Positions 1-7,246 of a stretch of DNA of 26,923 bases are shown here, in pieces (the first letter of the stretch is position 1; each line of letters opens with the position of its first letter). Made by a program: the position numbers and the translations under genes. This stretch comes from a virus (taxonomy: Duplodnaviria; Caudoviricetes). The DNA is taken from positions 1 to 26,923 of IMG/VR virus record IMGVR_UViG_3300032316_000803; one strand, 5' to 3'. A model generated the notes under the pieces. That model did no database searches. It was not told the origin of the DNA and saw only the letters and a list, made by a program, of their open reading frames with translations.

Positions 1-2
1 AC

Positions 3-191
3 GACGAGCTTCCGGGCGGCGTCATGTCAGTGTCTGTCGAGAAGGACGACAAGGACTACTTCGCCTCTCTCGTGCGGGATAACCGCGACCCCGCGCTCGA
101 CCAGCCCCTGCGGGAAGTAGCCCGCCTGATCCGCCGCCGCCGACGCATCCGCATTGTGCAGCGTGACGACGGCTTCGTCTGCGAAGCGTAG
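3..191 (+). CDS. hypothetical protein, 5'-truncated by window edge
   Basis: Hand-translated open frame from position 3 (DELPGGVMSVSVEKDDKDYF...GFVCEA) to TAG at 189-191, followed by the intergenic motif. Confidence 0.6.
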   Translation, partial: DELPGGVMSVSVEKDDKDYFASLVRDNRDPALDQPLREVARLIRRRRRIRIVQRDDGFVCEA

Positions 192-200
192 CGGAAATCA

Positions 201-214
201 CCGCTGCGGAGTCT
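201..214 (+). promoter_or_regulatory. CCGCTGCGGAGTCT motif copy 1 (intergenic)
   Basis: Exact 14-mer 9 nt after a stop codon; hairpin GCAGGACTG/CAGTCCTGC follows at 225-252. Confidence 0.7.
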
Positions 215-290
215 GGGATACAGGGCAGGACTGACACTGCCCCCAGTCCTGCACTCGCAGGAGTTCGATACCACCAACAGGAGATTTTCA

Positions 291-518
291 GTGGCACTTA
301 CTACCGCCGCCATCCACTGCGAAGAACGGGCGTACTACCTCCAGCGCGAACACGACAAGCGTGTCGAGGAATACGTCGCTCTGCACGACAGGCTTCCACA
401 GGCCATCGAGATCGCGGCAATGCGATTCGCAGTCACTGCCCTGCGCGAGAACGGTCACGGCTACGTTGCCGACATGCTCGCCGCCTATGTGGATCGCTGG
501 AAGAAAGCCGCAGTCTGA
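291..518 (+). CDS. hypothetical phage protein (75 aa)
   Basis: GTG start preceded by CAGGAG; ends KKAAV directly before the motif. Confidence 0.7.
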   Translation: MALTTAAIHCEERAYYLQREHDKRVEEYVALHDRLPQAIEIAAMRFAVTALRENGHGYVADMLAAYVDRWKKAAV

Positions 519-530
519 CCGCTGCGGAGT
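506..530 (+). repeat. 25-nt direct repeat AGCCGCAGTCTGACCGCTGCGGAGT (copy A; contains motif copy 2 from 519)
   Basis: Identical to 4931-4955; hairpin GCCGTCGGCA-CGT-TGCCGTCGGC (one mismatch) follows at 541-563. Confidence 0.85.
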
Positions 531-594
531 GTTGATTCTGGCCGTCGGCACGTTGCCGTCGGCTGTCCCTTGTCCCTGCTTCTGAGGAGCTTCT

Positions 595-762
595 ATGCGC
601 ACGCAGATTGCCAACACGATCCGGTTCATTCGCCTCGACACTGCCGCCCGCACGCTGGGGGCACAGTCCAAGCGTCAGTTCCTGTCCGATCTCCGCACGC
701 TTGACGACAAGGAGCGGCGGGAGATCGCGGAACTCCTGAGCGAGAAGGAGGGCCGACAGTGA
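595..762 (+). CDS. small hypothetical protein (55 aa; not in ORF track)
   Basis: GAGGAG RBS, ATG 595, MRTQIANTIRFIRLD...EKEGRQ; its stop overlaps the next GTG (GTGA). Confidence 0.7.
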   Translation: MRTQIANTIRFIRLDTAARTLGAQSKRQFLSDLRTLDDKERREIAELLSEKEGRQ

Positions 763-995
763 AGGCCAGCTACGACGCGATGCGGTACGGCCTGCGGATG
801 CTGCGGTCACACTTCGCCGTCCTATCGGGCGACGAGATGAGGCCGTCACAGTCATCGTGGCAGGACGTAGCCGCCGACTGTGCCGCAACGCTGCGGCAAC
901 TGGCAGACCTGCTCGATGCGGCACGCGACGGGAAGGCCGAACCCTTCCTTGTGTTCCCATCGCTGAACGATTTGGACGGGGAGGCTGACGCATGA
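759..995 (+). CDS. hypothetical phage protein (78 aa)
   Basis: AAGGAGG RBS; translationally coupled on both sides (GTGA, ATGA). Confidence 0.7.
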   Translation: MKASYDAMRYGLRMLRSHFAVLSGDEMRPSQSSWQDVAADCAATLRQLADLLDAARDGKAEPFLVFPSLNDLDGEADA

Positions 996-1204
996 GGTTC
1001 GACGTTCTGTCGCCCGATGGAATCTCAATCCATCACGAGGACACATACCCAAGCCGTGCCGCTGCGGAGTCTGCACTGCGGGAGTGGGCCAAGAGGTTCG
1101 AGTTTCAAGGCTTCTATTCCACGAGTCGGCGGGAACGCATCCCGCTGGACGAACTGCCCGGCAGGTGCCGGATCGTGGAGGCAGTCACGGATGAAGACGA
1201 CTGA
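992..1204 (+). CDS. hypothetical phage protein (70 aa)
   Basis: GGAGG RBS, ATGA coupling; contains motif copy 3. Confidence 0.75.
   Translation: MRFDVLSPDGISIHHEDTYPSRAAAESALREWAKRFEFQGFYSTSRRERIPLDELPGRCRIVEAVTDEDD
1059..1072 (+). promoter_or_regulatory. CCGCTGCGGAGTCT motif copy 3 (intragenic)
   Basis: Exact 14-mer inside 992..1204, read as AAES. Confidence 0.5.
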
Positions 1205-1220
1205 TCGTCGCGGCGGATAG

Positions 1221-1234
1221 CCGCTGCGGAGTCT
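1221..1234 (+). promoter_or_regulatory. CCGCTGCGGAGTCT motif copy 4 (intergenic)
   Basis: Exact 14-mer, 10 nt before a terminator-like hairpin. Confidence 0.7.
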
Positions 1235-1244
1235 GGTTTTTGCG

Positions 1245-1278
1245 AGGCCGTCCCAACGTGGGGCGGCCTTTTCTTTTT
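1245..1278 (+). terminator. intrinsic terminator-like hairpin
   Basis: AGGCCGTCCC-AACGT-GGGGCGGCCT (10 bp including one G-U) followed by TTTCTTTTT. Confidence 0.75.
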
Positions 1279-1297
1279 CACCACTGAGGTACGAGCG

Positions 1298-2428
1298 ATG
1301 CCAACTGAGGAACAGTACGACGAGAACGGATGGGACGCACTCGGCCGCCACAGAGACACGGGCAGCACTTACGACCCGGATGGGTACGACATCGACGGCA
1401 ACGACCGATGCGACAACGGCGACTGCGACGACTCCGACTGCCAACACTGCAACCCGGAGCCGGAGCCGGAGCCGGAGGACGACGAGACGTTCGATGAAAA
1501 GCTGCACGCCTACAACGCGAAGGCCACAGAGGTTCACGGCTGGGCCTATTCACCGATGCGACTGGCGGGCGGCGGATGGACAGCGGACAGGACGCTGTAC
1601 GCAGGCCACGAGATCGAGATGTATTCGGACAACGAGGACTATGACGACGTTCTGGCAGTCCTTCGCCAGCTTGACACGCCGTACAGGAACCTCAACCCAC
1701 AGACTGTGACAAAACGCTGTGCGATTGCCAAGCACGACGGATCGCTCGACGTTCAAGACGGAGGCTTCGAGGCCGTGACAGTGCCGCTCACACGGGCACA
1801 GACCTACGGCATCTTCGAGTCCTTCAAGATCGTCGGCAACGGCAACTGCTCGGCGTGGAACATGGGCAACGAGGTGGGGCATCACATCCACCTGTCTCGT
1901 GCAGCCATCGGCCCGCTGACTCTCGGCAAGCTGCTCGTGTTCGCAAATGCGGAAGCCAACCAGAGGTTCGTGGAGCGAGTGGCCTGCCGCCCGGCAGAGT
2001 TCAACGGATTCGCAGAGAAAAAGCTGGTCCACGCCATGCTGGAGGAACCCAACGGGGACAGGTACGAGGTCATCAACGTGACCGATTACACGGTTGAGTT
2101 CCGCATGTTCAAAGCGAACCTCGTGACCCGTGCGATCCTCAAGAACTACGAGTTCGCCGTGTCGCTCACGCGGTACTGCGAACAAGCGAAGCACGGCATG
2201 GACACAGAGCCGGAGTGCAGCAGCCATCCGCTGCACTACTTGCAGTACCGACGATGGGTTGCACAGCACCACGCAGAGTATCCGTACCTGCACCAGTTCT
2301 TTCTGGCCCATCCGTCAATGAGCCAGAACTACCGCTCCAGCACGGGGTTGACGGCCAACGCAATCCCGAAGCAACGCAGCACCAAGTTCGCTTTCATCCG
2401 CACCCCATCGAACGACGGCGGTGCCTGA
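1298..2428 (+). CDS. putative amidoligase (glutamine synthetase-like COOH-NH2 ligase, Amidoligase_2 type) with acidic/Cys-rich N-terminus
   Basis: Motifs GHEIEM, KHDGSL..GGFEAVT.PL, GHHIHLS, DRYEVIN..TVEFRMF; next to a class II GATase; GAGG RBS. Confidence 0.85.
   Translation: MPTEEQYDENGWDALGRHRDTGSTYDPDGYDIDGNDRCDNGDCDDSDCQHCNPEPEPEPEDDETFDEKLHAYNAKATEVHGWAYSPMRLAGGGWTADRTLYAGHEIEMYSDNEDYDDVLAVLRQLDTPYRNLNPQTVTKRCAIAKHDGSLDVQDGGFEAVTVPLTRAQTYGIFESFKIVGNGNCSAWNMGNEVGHHIHLSRAAIGPLTLGKLLVFANAEANQRFVERVACRPAEFNGFAEKKLVHAMLEEPNGDRYEVINVTDYTVEFRMFKANLVTRAILKNYEFAVSLTRYCEQAKHGMDTEPECSSHPLHYLQYRRWVAQHHAEYPYLHQFFLAHPSMSQNYRSSTGLTANAIPKQRSTKFAFIRTPSNDGGA
1454..1477 (+). repeat. (CCGGAG)x4 tandem repeat encoding a PEPEPEPE linker
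   Basis: Four exact hexamer copies. Confidence 0.9.
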
Positions 2429-2468
2429 CAGTCTGCCGCCAACCACCACCCACACAGGAGACACTCGC

Positions 2469-3314
2469 ATGTGCCTTGCAATCTACAAGCCCGCCGACAC
2501 AGCCGCCGACTGGACCGCCTACGAGAACGGCCACCTACAGAACAACGACTCGTGGGGATTCGCCGCAGTCGTTGACGGACAGATCGTCACGCGATGTGGC
2601 ATCGGGAACTTCGCAGAGTTCCGCGAATCTTTCGAGCCGTATGCCGACAAGCAGGCCATCATCCACTTCCGATGGGCCACGCACGGCAGAAAGGACGAGT
2701 CGAACTGCCATCCATTCATGGTGTCTGACGCGCTCGCAGTCATCCACAACGGAGTCATCCGTATCAAGTGCAGCGAAGCTGCCATGTCCGACACTTGGCA
2801 CTTCAACGAACTGGTTCTCAAGCCCATGCACGAACGCGACCCCGACTTCTACAGTCGGCCAGACGTTGTCTTCTCGCAGGAACTGGCCCACGAAAGCAGC
2901 AAGTTCGTGTTCTTGCGGGCGGACGGAGACTACCACATCTGGAACGCGGACGAAGGAGAGTGGGAGCGTGACGGCCACTGGTACAGCAACGACTCATACG
3001 AGGGGTATGCAACGCGGAGTTCCAGCCGGGCGGCGACATCGGAAAAGGGCAGCATGGGATTCGACGCATCCATCCGCTCAGACGCGCCGACTGCGCGTTA
3101 CGACGACGAGGAGGAGACGTTGTGGCGGCGTGAGGCTGAGGCGGTCGGACTGTCTGCCGGGTACTACGGAGAGGAGGAGGAGGACGAGACGGACCACTAC
3201 ACCAAGATTCGCATTGACGACCTCCGCTCTTACGGAATGTCGGAGTCGGCAATCGAGGAAGTCCTCAAGATTTTCGGGGCGTGTGGCCTCGAAGCACTGC
3301 ACGACGCTTACTGA
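2469..3314 (+). CDS. class II (Ntn) glutamine amidotransferase with acidic C-terminal extension
   Basis: Start at 2469 (CAGGAG RBS) gives M-C, the N-terminal Cys nucleophile; HFRWATHG, NCHPF and HNG motifs. Confidence 0.9.
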   Translation: MCLAIYKPADTAADWTAYENGHLQNNDSWGFAAVVDGQIVTRCGIGNFAEFRESFEPYADKQAIIHFRWATHGRKDESNCHPFMVSDALAVIHNGVIRIKCSEAAMSDTWHFNELVLKPMHERDPDFYSRPDVVFSQELAHESSKFVFLRADGDYHIWNADEGEWERDGHWYSNDSYEGYATRSSSRAATSEKGSMGFDASIRSDAPTARYDDEEETLWRREAEAVGLSAGYYGEEEEDETDHYTKIRIDDLRSYGMSESAIEEVLKIFGACGLEALHDAY

Positions 3315-3324
3315 GGGAGCAAGC

Positions 3325-3549
3325 ATGAGCGCGTTCTGGTTCCACTACAACAAGCCCGCATCGCGGGCGGCGGGCCATCCGGTGATGACGGTTCATCACA
3401 GGGACGCCTGCATCTTGGTTCGCAAGATCGTGTGTTCGGTCCCGGTGTGTAGCCGGGAGCGAAGGACACAGCCCCATGTCGTGATCGCTGGCAGAGGACT
3501 CGTCCGCATCGCTGGCGACACGGCGTACATCACAGGAGATAAGGCATGA
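3325..3549 (+). CDS. hypothetical phage protein (74 aa, FWFHYNKP)
   Basis: GAGGGAG RBS, ATG 3325, ATGA coupling to next gene; it is the real 3' part of track ORF 2215..3549. Confidence 0.75.
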   Translation: MSAFWFHYNKPASRAAGHPVMTVHHRDACILVRKIVCSVPVCSRERRTQPHVVIAGRGLVRIAGDTAYITGDKA

Positions 3550-3881
3550 GTACCACGATCAGTCATGTTGATGCCGTGCGGCAGGCGGTCCGCGAGTTTG
3601 AGCGTGTGCAGCGGGAACGTCGTGAGTTCGGGGCGTGCGACACGGAGCCTGACGGACAGTTCCAAGTGCGCATGCACCGTGCAGCGCACGGCCTGCGACC
3701 CACTGCCCCTCAGGGGTCGGCAGGATGGGAACTGTTCAGCGGCATGAAGGGCGTGCGTTCCGCAGCAAGCAGACTCACCGCCGCCTGCGATGCAGTCATC
3801 AAGGCCATCGAATCCTGCCCGATCAGCGAGCGGGAAGACCTGATGGCGTACATCCGCGACTACTGCTGGCGAGTGTACTGA
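3546..3881 (+). CDS. hypothetical phage protein (111 aa)
   Basis: AGGAG RBS, coupled start, followed by motif copy 5. Confidence 0.75.
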   Translation: MSTTISHVDAVRQAVREFERVQRERREFGACDTEPDGQFQVRMHRAAHGLRPTAPQGSAGWELFSGMKGVRSAASRLTAACDAVIKAIESCPISEREDLMAYIRDYCWRVY

Positions 3882-3884
3882 TCC

Positions 3885-3898
3885 TCGCTGCGGAGTCT
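3885..3898 (+). promoter_or_regulatory. motif copy 5 (TCGCTGCGGAGTCT, 13/14 match)
   Basis: 3 nt after a stop codon, 10 nt before a hairpin. Confidence 0.7.
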
Positions 3899-3908
3899 GG
3901 TTGGTAGC

Positions 3909-3944
3909 GGCCGGTGGCATGGTGCCATCGGCCTTTCTCTTTTT
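3909..3944 (+). terminator. intrinsic terminator-like hairpin
   Basis: GGCCGGTGGCA-TGG-TGCCATCGGCC (11 bp including one G-U) followed by TTTCTCTTTTT. Confidence 0.75.
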
Positions 3945-3956
3945 CTGGAGGTTCAC

Positions 3957-4181
3957 ATGACCGTGCCTGAGGCCCGCACATGGGCAAACAATCGCGTCAC
4001 AGACTGGAACTGGAACGCCAGCCGTGCGGAGATCGCAAAGGAACTGATCGACGCCGACATCGAGCCGAACACCCCAGAGTGGGAGACGGTGAAGGCAGTG
4101 TTCCTTGTGTTCTTCAATCGCACTGACGAGGCGAACGAGGACTGGGACGCGATTGAGAGCATCGTGGAAGTGTTCGGCTGA
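3957..4181 (+). CDS. hypothetical acidic phage protein (74 aa)
   Basis: GGAGG RBS, ATG start. Confidence 0.75.
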   Translation: MTVPEARTWANNRVTDWNWNASRAEIAKELIDADIEPNTPEWETVKAVFLVFFNRTDEANEDWDAIESIVEVFG

Positions 4182-4202
4182 AACCTTTACCCGGAGATTC
4201 AC

Positions 4203-4943
4203 ATGAGAATTCCTGCGTTCATCAAACGGTTGGCGGCAGTGTGCGATAGGGAGTCGGCACGGTTCGCACTCGGCGGCGTCAAGTGCGAGAGCGACGGCAA
4301 GACCGCCAAGCTCACGGCAACTGACGGCCGCATCCTTGCCACTGTCCACTGGAAGGACGACGACCCGGCGGCAATGGACATGGTTGCCGACGCACGGCAA
4401 CTGTCGTCGCTGCCAGCGAAGGCTTTCCTGCACCCGAAGGGCGTGTGGTTCGACGGCTCGACGCTGCGAGCCACTGTCGGGACGGACAAGATTGCCACGA
4501 AAGTCGAGGCAGTGGAGGGCAGGTTCCCCAAGTACGAGACAGTCATGAGCATCCATGACGACCCGGCCGGGTACGTCTCCGTCAGTCTGGACGCTGCCCT
4601 TCTCGGAAGGCTGTGCGATCTGTCGCACGCCATGAACGACGACCAGCACAAAGGCAAAGGGCTGACGCTGTTCGTCAAGGATCAGCAGTCGTGCGTGTTC
4701 GCAACCACTGTCAGCGAGGACGGGCAGCACGTTGCCCGCTTCGCCATCATGCCGCTGGCAGTGGACGACGACAGCCACAAGTACGTTTTCCCGGCCCGCC
4801 CCGCTGCGGAGTCTGGAAATGGGGAGAAGCAGCCTGCGCCGCCGCCGGAACTCATGGACGGTGACGCCATCGCAGAGGCAGTGACCCGCGAGCCTGAGCC
4901 GCTCGGCTCTCTCGTGGAGGACGGCACCCTAGCCGCAGTCTGA
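4203..4943 (+). CDS. DNA polymerase III beta-clamp-like protein (partial, central domain)
   Basis: RESARFALGGV, ATDGRILA and VEGRFPKYETVM resemble DnaN central-domain and linker motifs; 246 aa, no DnaN N-terminal domain. Confidence 0.75.
   Translation: MRIPAFIKRLAAVCDRESARFALGGVKCESDGKTAKLTATDGRILATVHWKDDDPAAMDMVADARQLSSLPAKAFLHPKGVWFDGSTLRATVGTDKIATKVEAVEGRFPKYETVMSIHDDPAGYVSVSLDAALLGRLCDLSHAMNDDQHKGKGLTLFVKDQQSCVFATTVSEDGQHVARFAIMPLAVDDDSHKYVFPARPAAESGNGEKQPAPPPELMDGDAIAEAVTREPEPLGSLVEDGTLAAV
4801..4814 (+). promoter_or_regulatory. CCGCTGCGGAGTCT motif copy 6 (intragenic)
   Basis: Exact 14-mer in the low-complexity tail of the clamp-like gene. Confidence 0.5.
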
Positions 4944-4957
4944 CCGCTGCGGAGTCT
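4931..4957 (+). repeat. 25-nt direct repeat copy B plus motif copy 7 (4944-4957)
   Basis: 4931-4955 is identical to 506-530 and spans the stop codon. Confidence 0.85.
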
Positions 4958-4980
4958 TAGTTGCAAGGGAGGGCAACGCA

Positions 4981-5076
4981 ATGACACACGGATGGACACA
5001 CACGGAGATCGAACTGTTCCTGCTCATGTCGCTGGTGTTCATGAAAGCACTGGCGGCGTGGGCCAACCTCGACTAA
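4981..5076 (+). CDS. 31-aa hydrophobic peptide (not in ORF track)
   Basis: GGGAGG RBS; MTHGWTHTEIELFLLMSLVFMKALAAWANLD; fills the gap between motif and next gene. Confidence 0.55.
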   Translation: MTHGWTHTEIELFLLMSLVFMKALAAWANLD

Positions 5077-5088
5077 AGGGAAACCCAG

Positions 5089-5424
5089 ATGGCTCGTCCT
5101 CTTGACGACATCGTGCAGTATTTCAAGCAGCATGGCGTGGACATACTCGCCACGAAGAAGAACCTCTACACGCTCTGCCTCGACCACTGCGACCGCGTGT
5201 ACGAGGTGCTGCAATTACGCGGGTATCCCAAGCCCGACCTCATTCGCTCGGTGATTGAGGCAGAGCAGCACGCGCTGATGCTGGAGGAGGAACTCCGGGA
5301 GTCATGGGCTGACCGGCGTCGGCTTGAGCAGCAACTCAATATGGCACTCAACAAGGAGGAATCACATGCCCGACCTATCGCCACGACAGCGGGAGATGCT
5401 GGAGTTCATAGCCCGAAGCACTGA
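5089..5424 (+). CDS. hypothetical protein with coiled-coil-like segment (111 aa)
   Basis: AAGGG RBS, ATG; 3' end overlaps the next gene. Confidence 0.65.
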   Translation: MARPLDDIVQYFKQHGVDILATKKNLYTLCLDHCDRVYEVLQLRGYPKPDLIRSVIEAEQHALMLEEELRESWADRRRLEQQLNMALNKEESHARPIATTAGDAGVHSPKH

Positions 5425-5656
5425 GGCCAACGGCTACCAGCCATCCTACGACGAGATCGCCAAGCACTTCGGGTGGGCCAGCCGTGCTTACTGCTCGGCC
5501 ATCACCCGGAGGCTGGCGAAGCTGGGGGTCGCACGCAACAGGGGCATGAGGGCCCTGTCGTTCGACTGGAAGAACTACCTCTCGACCAGCAGGCAACGTG
5601 ACGCACCTGCCGTTCGAACAAGTCGTCGTCACAGCAAGAAACCCATTGCGCTATAG
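5366..5656 (+). CDS. LexA-like winged-HTH DNA-binding protein without peptidase domain
   Basis: AAGGAGG RBS, ATG 5366; LSPRQREMLEFI..NGYQPSYDEIAKHFGWAS..L...G..RAL follows the LexA N-terminal domain pattern; 96 aa. Confidence 0.85.
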   Translation: MPDLSPRQREMLEFIARSTEANGYQPSYDEIAKHFGWASRAYCSAITRRLAKLGVARNRGMRALSFDWKNYLSTSRQRDAPAVRTSRRHSKKPIAL

Positions 5657-5664
5657 GTGAACCG

Positions 5665-5859
5665 ATGTATACTATGCCTCGCAAAACGATTCCGACGGTC
5701 ACGCTTCTCCTCGATCCACGCGAGATCGAACTCATCATCCGCTCCCTTGCGGAGTCAATCGAGGAGGAGGCTGAGTACGGCAATGACTCGCAGGCGGCAG
5801 AACTCGCCGTGCTGCAACGCAGACTCTCGAACTTGGACAAGGCTCTCATCACTCACTAA
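5665..5859 (+). CDS. hypothetical protein (about 64 aa)
   Basis: Fills the gap in the operon; AGGTG upstream. Confidence 0.65.
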   Translation: MYTMPRKTIPTVTLLLDPREIELIIRSLAESIEEEAEYGNDSQAAELAVLQRRLSNLDKALITH

Positions 5860-5870
5860 GGAGGCTTCCC

Positions 5871-6737
5871 ATGACTGACAGCATCTCCATCGGCGCACGC
5901 TCCGGCGGCGTCTGCATCCTCAACGCCGCATCCGCACTGCGTGACACGGTGTTCGCCGCAGCCGAAGCCGTAGGCTGTGGCAAGTACGTTCCGAAGCAGC
6001 CTGCCACCACCACGACACTCAGTCTGGCGATGCGGGCAGTCGGAGCCACGCTCTACGGCAAGCGGCGCAAGCAGCCCATCGTCGCGAGGCACATCGACGG
6101 CGATGCCTTCGAGTGCGTGCGTGTCGTTCCCGGCAGCGACCGCAACACCTACCACCACCTGTTCTCTGCCAGCATCGACCGGCAGTGGAACGTGACAGTG
6201 CTGGCCCACAACCACGACGCCCACTCGGGGACTCTGGAATCGGCCCTGTCCAGTGCGGTGGTCACGATGCGGGACTACCTGCCGTCTCCTGTCGTGTCGC
6301 AGGTTGCTGTCAAGATTCTTTCCTCGTGGAAGGGCGTGCTGCTCAAGGACGACGGCGGCGTGTGGTTCCTTGCCGACGAGCATCTCGACAAGTACCGCAC
6401 GCTTGCCGCTGGCTTGCGGCAGGACGGGCGTGGCCCGAAGTTCACGCTCACCACGTTCCCTATTGATGCCAACCCGGACACTGTCGCTCACGTTCTCCAG
6501 AAGGTGCGAGACGCAGTGAACGAGGGCGTCAATCAGATCATGCAGGATGTGCTGGAGGCCAGCGGCGGCATGAACGACCGCTCTATCAGTGTCCGCCTGT
6601 CCCGTGCCAACCGACTGCTCGCCCTCGTGGAGCAGTACCAGTCCCTTACCGGCATCGCCATGCCGGAACTGACCGATGCAATCGAGCAGTGCAAGCAGGC
6701 AGTGACCGTCAACCGCTTGCTCGCTGCCTCTGTCTGA
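5871..6737 (+). CDS. hypothetical protein (288 aa), possibly DUF6744-like
   Basis: TAAGGAGG RBS; GGVWFL motif and helical C-terminus like proteins found next to phage AAA/VWA modules; family call tentative. Confidence 0.7.
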   Translation: MTDSISIGARSGGVCILNAASALRDTVFAAAEAVGCGKYVPKQPATTTTLSLAMRAVGATLYGKRRKQPIVARHIDGDAFECVRVVPGSDRNTYHHLFSASIDRQWNVTVLAHNHDAHSGTLESALSSAVVTMRDYLPSPVVSQVAVKILSSWKGVLLKDDGGVWFLADEHLDKYRTLAAGLRQDGRGPKFTLTTFPIDANPDTVAHVLQKVRDAVNEGVNQIMQDVLEASGGMNDRSISVRLSRANRLLALVEQYQSLTGIAMPELTDAIEQCKQAVTVNRLLAASV

Positions 6738-6772
6738 CGCAACTCACAACCCAGTAGAAAAGGAATTCAACC

Positions 6773-7159
6773 ATGCGTGCTATGCGTATCAATGTGACTG
6801 AGTTCGTGAAGGAGTACAATGACGCCGTCGCCGCCAACCTCTCAACGAAGGAGCTGGCGGACCTAATCGGCATACGCCAGACTAGCCTGTGGCACCGGGT
6901 CGATCAGTGTCGCAAGCACGGCATCTCCCTGCCGCCGCTGCGTGGAGGGTTCCGCCTGTCGCCGGAGACAAGAACCCGCCGACGGGCAAACCGCCGCCGC
7001 ACGGTGTACAGAAAGCAGCGACAGCCAGCCGCCGCGAGGACGGTGACGACGGCTGCGGACATCGACCTACTGTCCGACAGGGTGGCGGACAAGGTGTTCA
7101 ACCGGCTGCGTGACACGCTCCGGTTCCAGTTCTTCGTCGGCCCGGAAATCCCGGCCTAA
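6773..7159 (+). CDS. HTH DNA-binding protein with Arg-rich segment
   Basis: STKELADLIGIRQTSLWHRVDQCRKHGISLP is HTH-like; AAGGA RBS. Confidence 0.7.
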   Translation: MRAMRINVTEFVKEYNDAVAANLSTKELADLIGIRQTSLWHRVDQCRKHGISLPPLRGGFRLSPETRTRRRANRRRTVYRKQRQPAAARTVTTAADIDLLSDRVADKVFNRLRDTLRFQFFVGPEIPA

Positions 7160-7162
7160 TCG

Positions 7163-7176
7163 CCGCTGCGGAGTCT
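7163..7176 (+). promoter_or_regulatory. CCGCTGCGGAGTCT motif copy 8 (intergenic)
   Basis: Exact 14-mer 3 nt after a stop codon, 7 nt before a long hairpin. Confidence 0.7.
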
Positions 7177-7183
7177 TGTTCTT

Positions 7184-7220
7184 AGGGGGAGGGGCGGAAC
7201 CGTTCTGCCCCTCCCCTTTC
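7184..7220 (+). terminator. strong hairpin (terminator-like or 5' stabiliser)
   Basis: AGGGGGAGGGGCGGAA-CCG-TTCTGCCCCTCCCCTT, 16 bp including two G-U; U tract weak. Confidence 0.55.
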
Positions 7221-7246
7221 CATTTACCTAGAGGAGTTCATCCATC

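Noticed and set aside
201-7176. CRISPR array or integron attC sites formed by the repeated motif
   Set aside because: Repeats are only about 14 nt, spacing is irregular (143 to over 2600 nt) with whole genes between, and there are no cas genes or attC-type GTTRRRY inverted ends.
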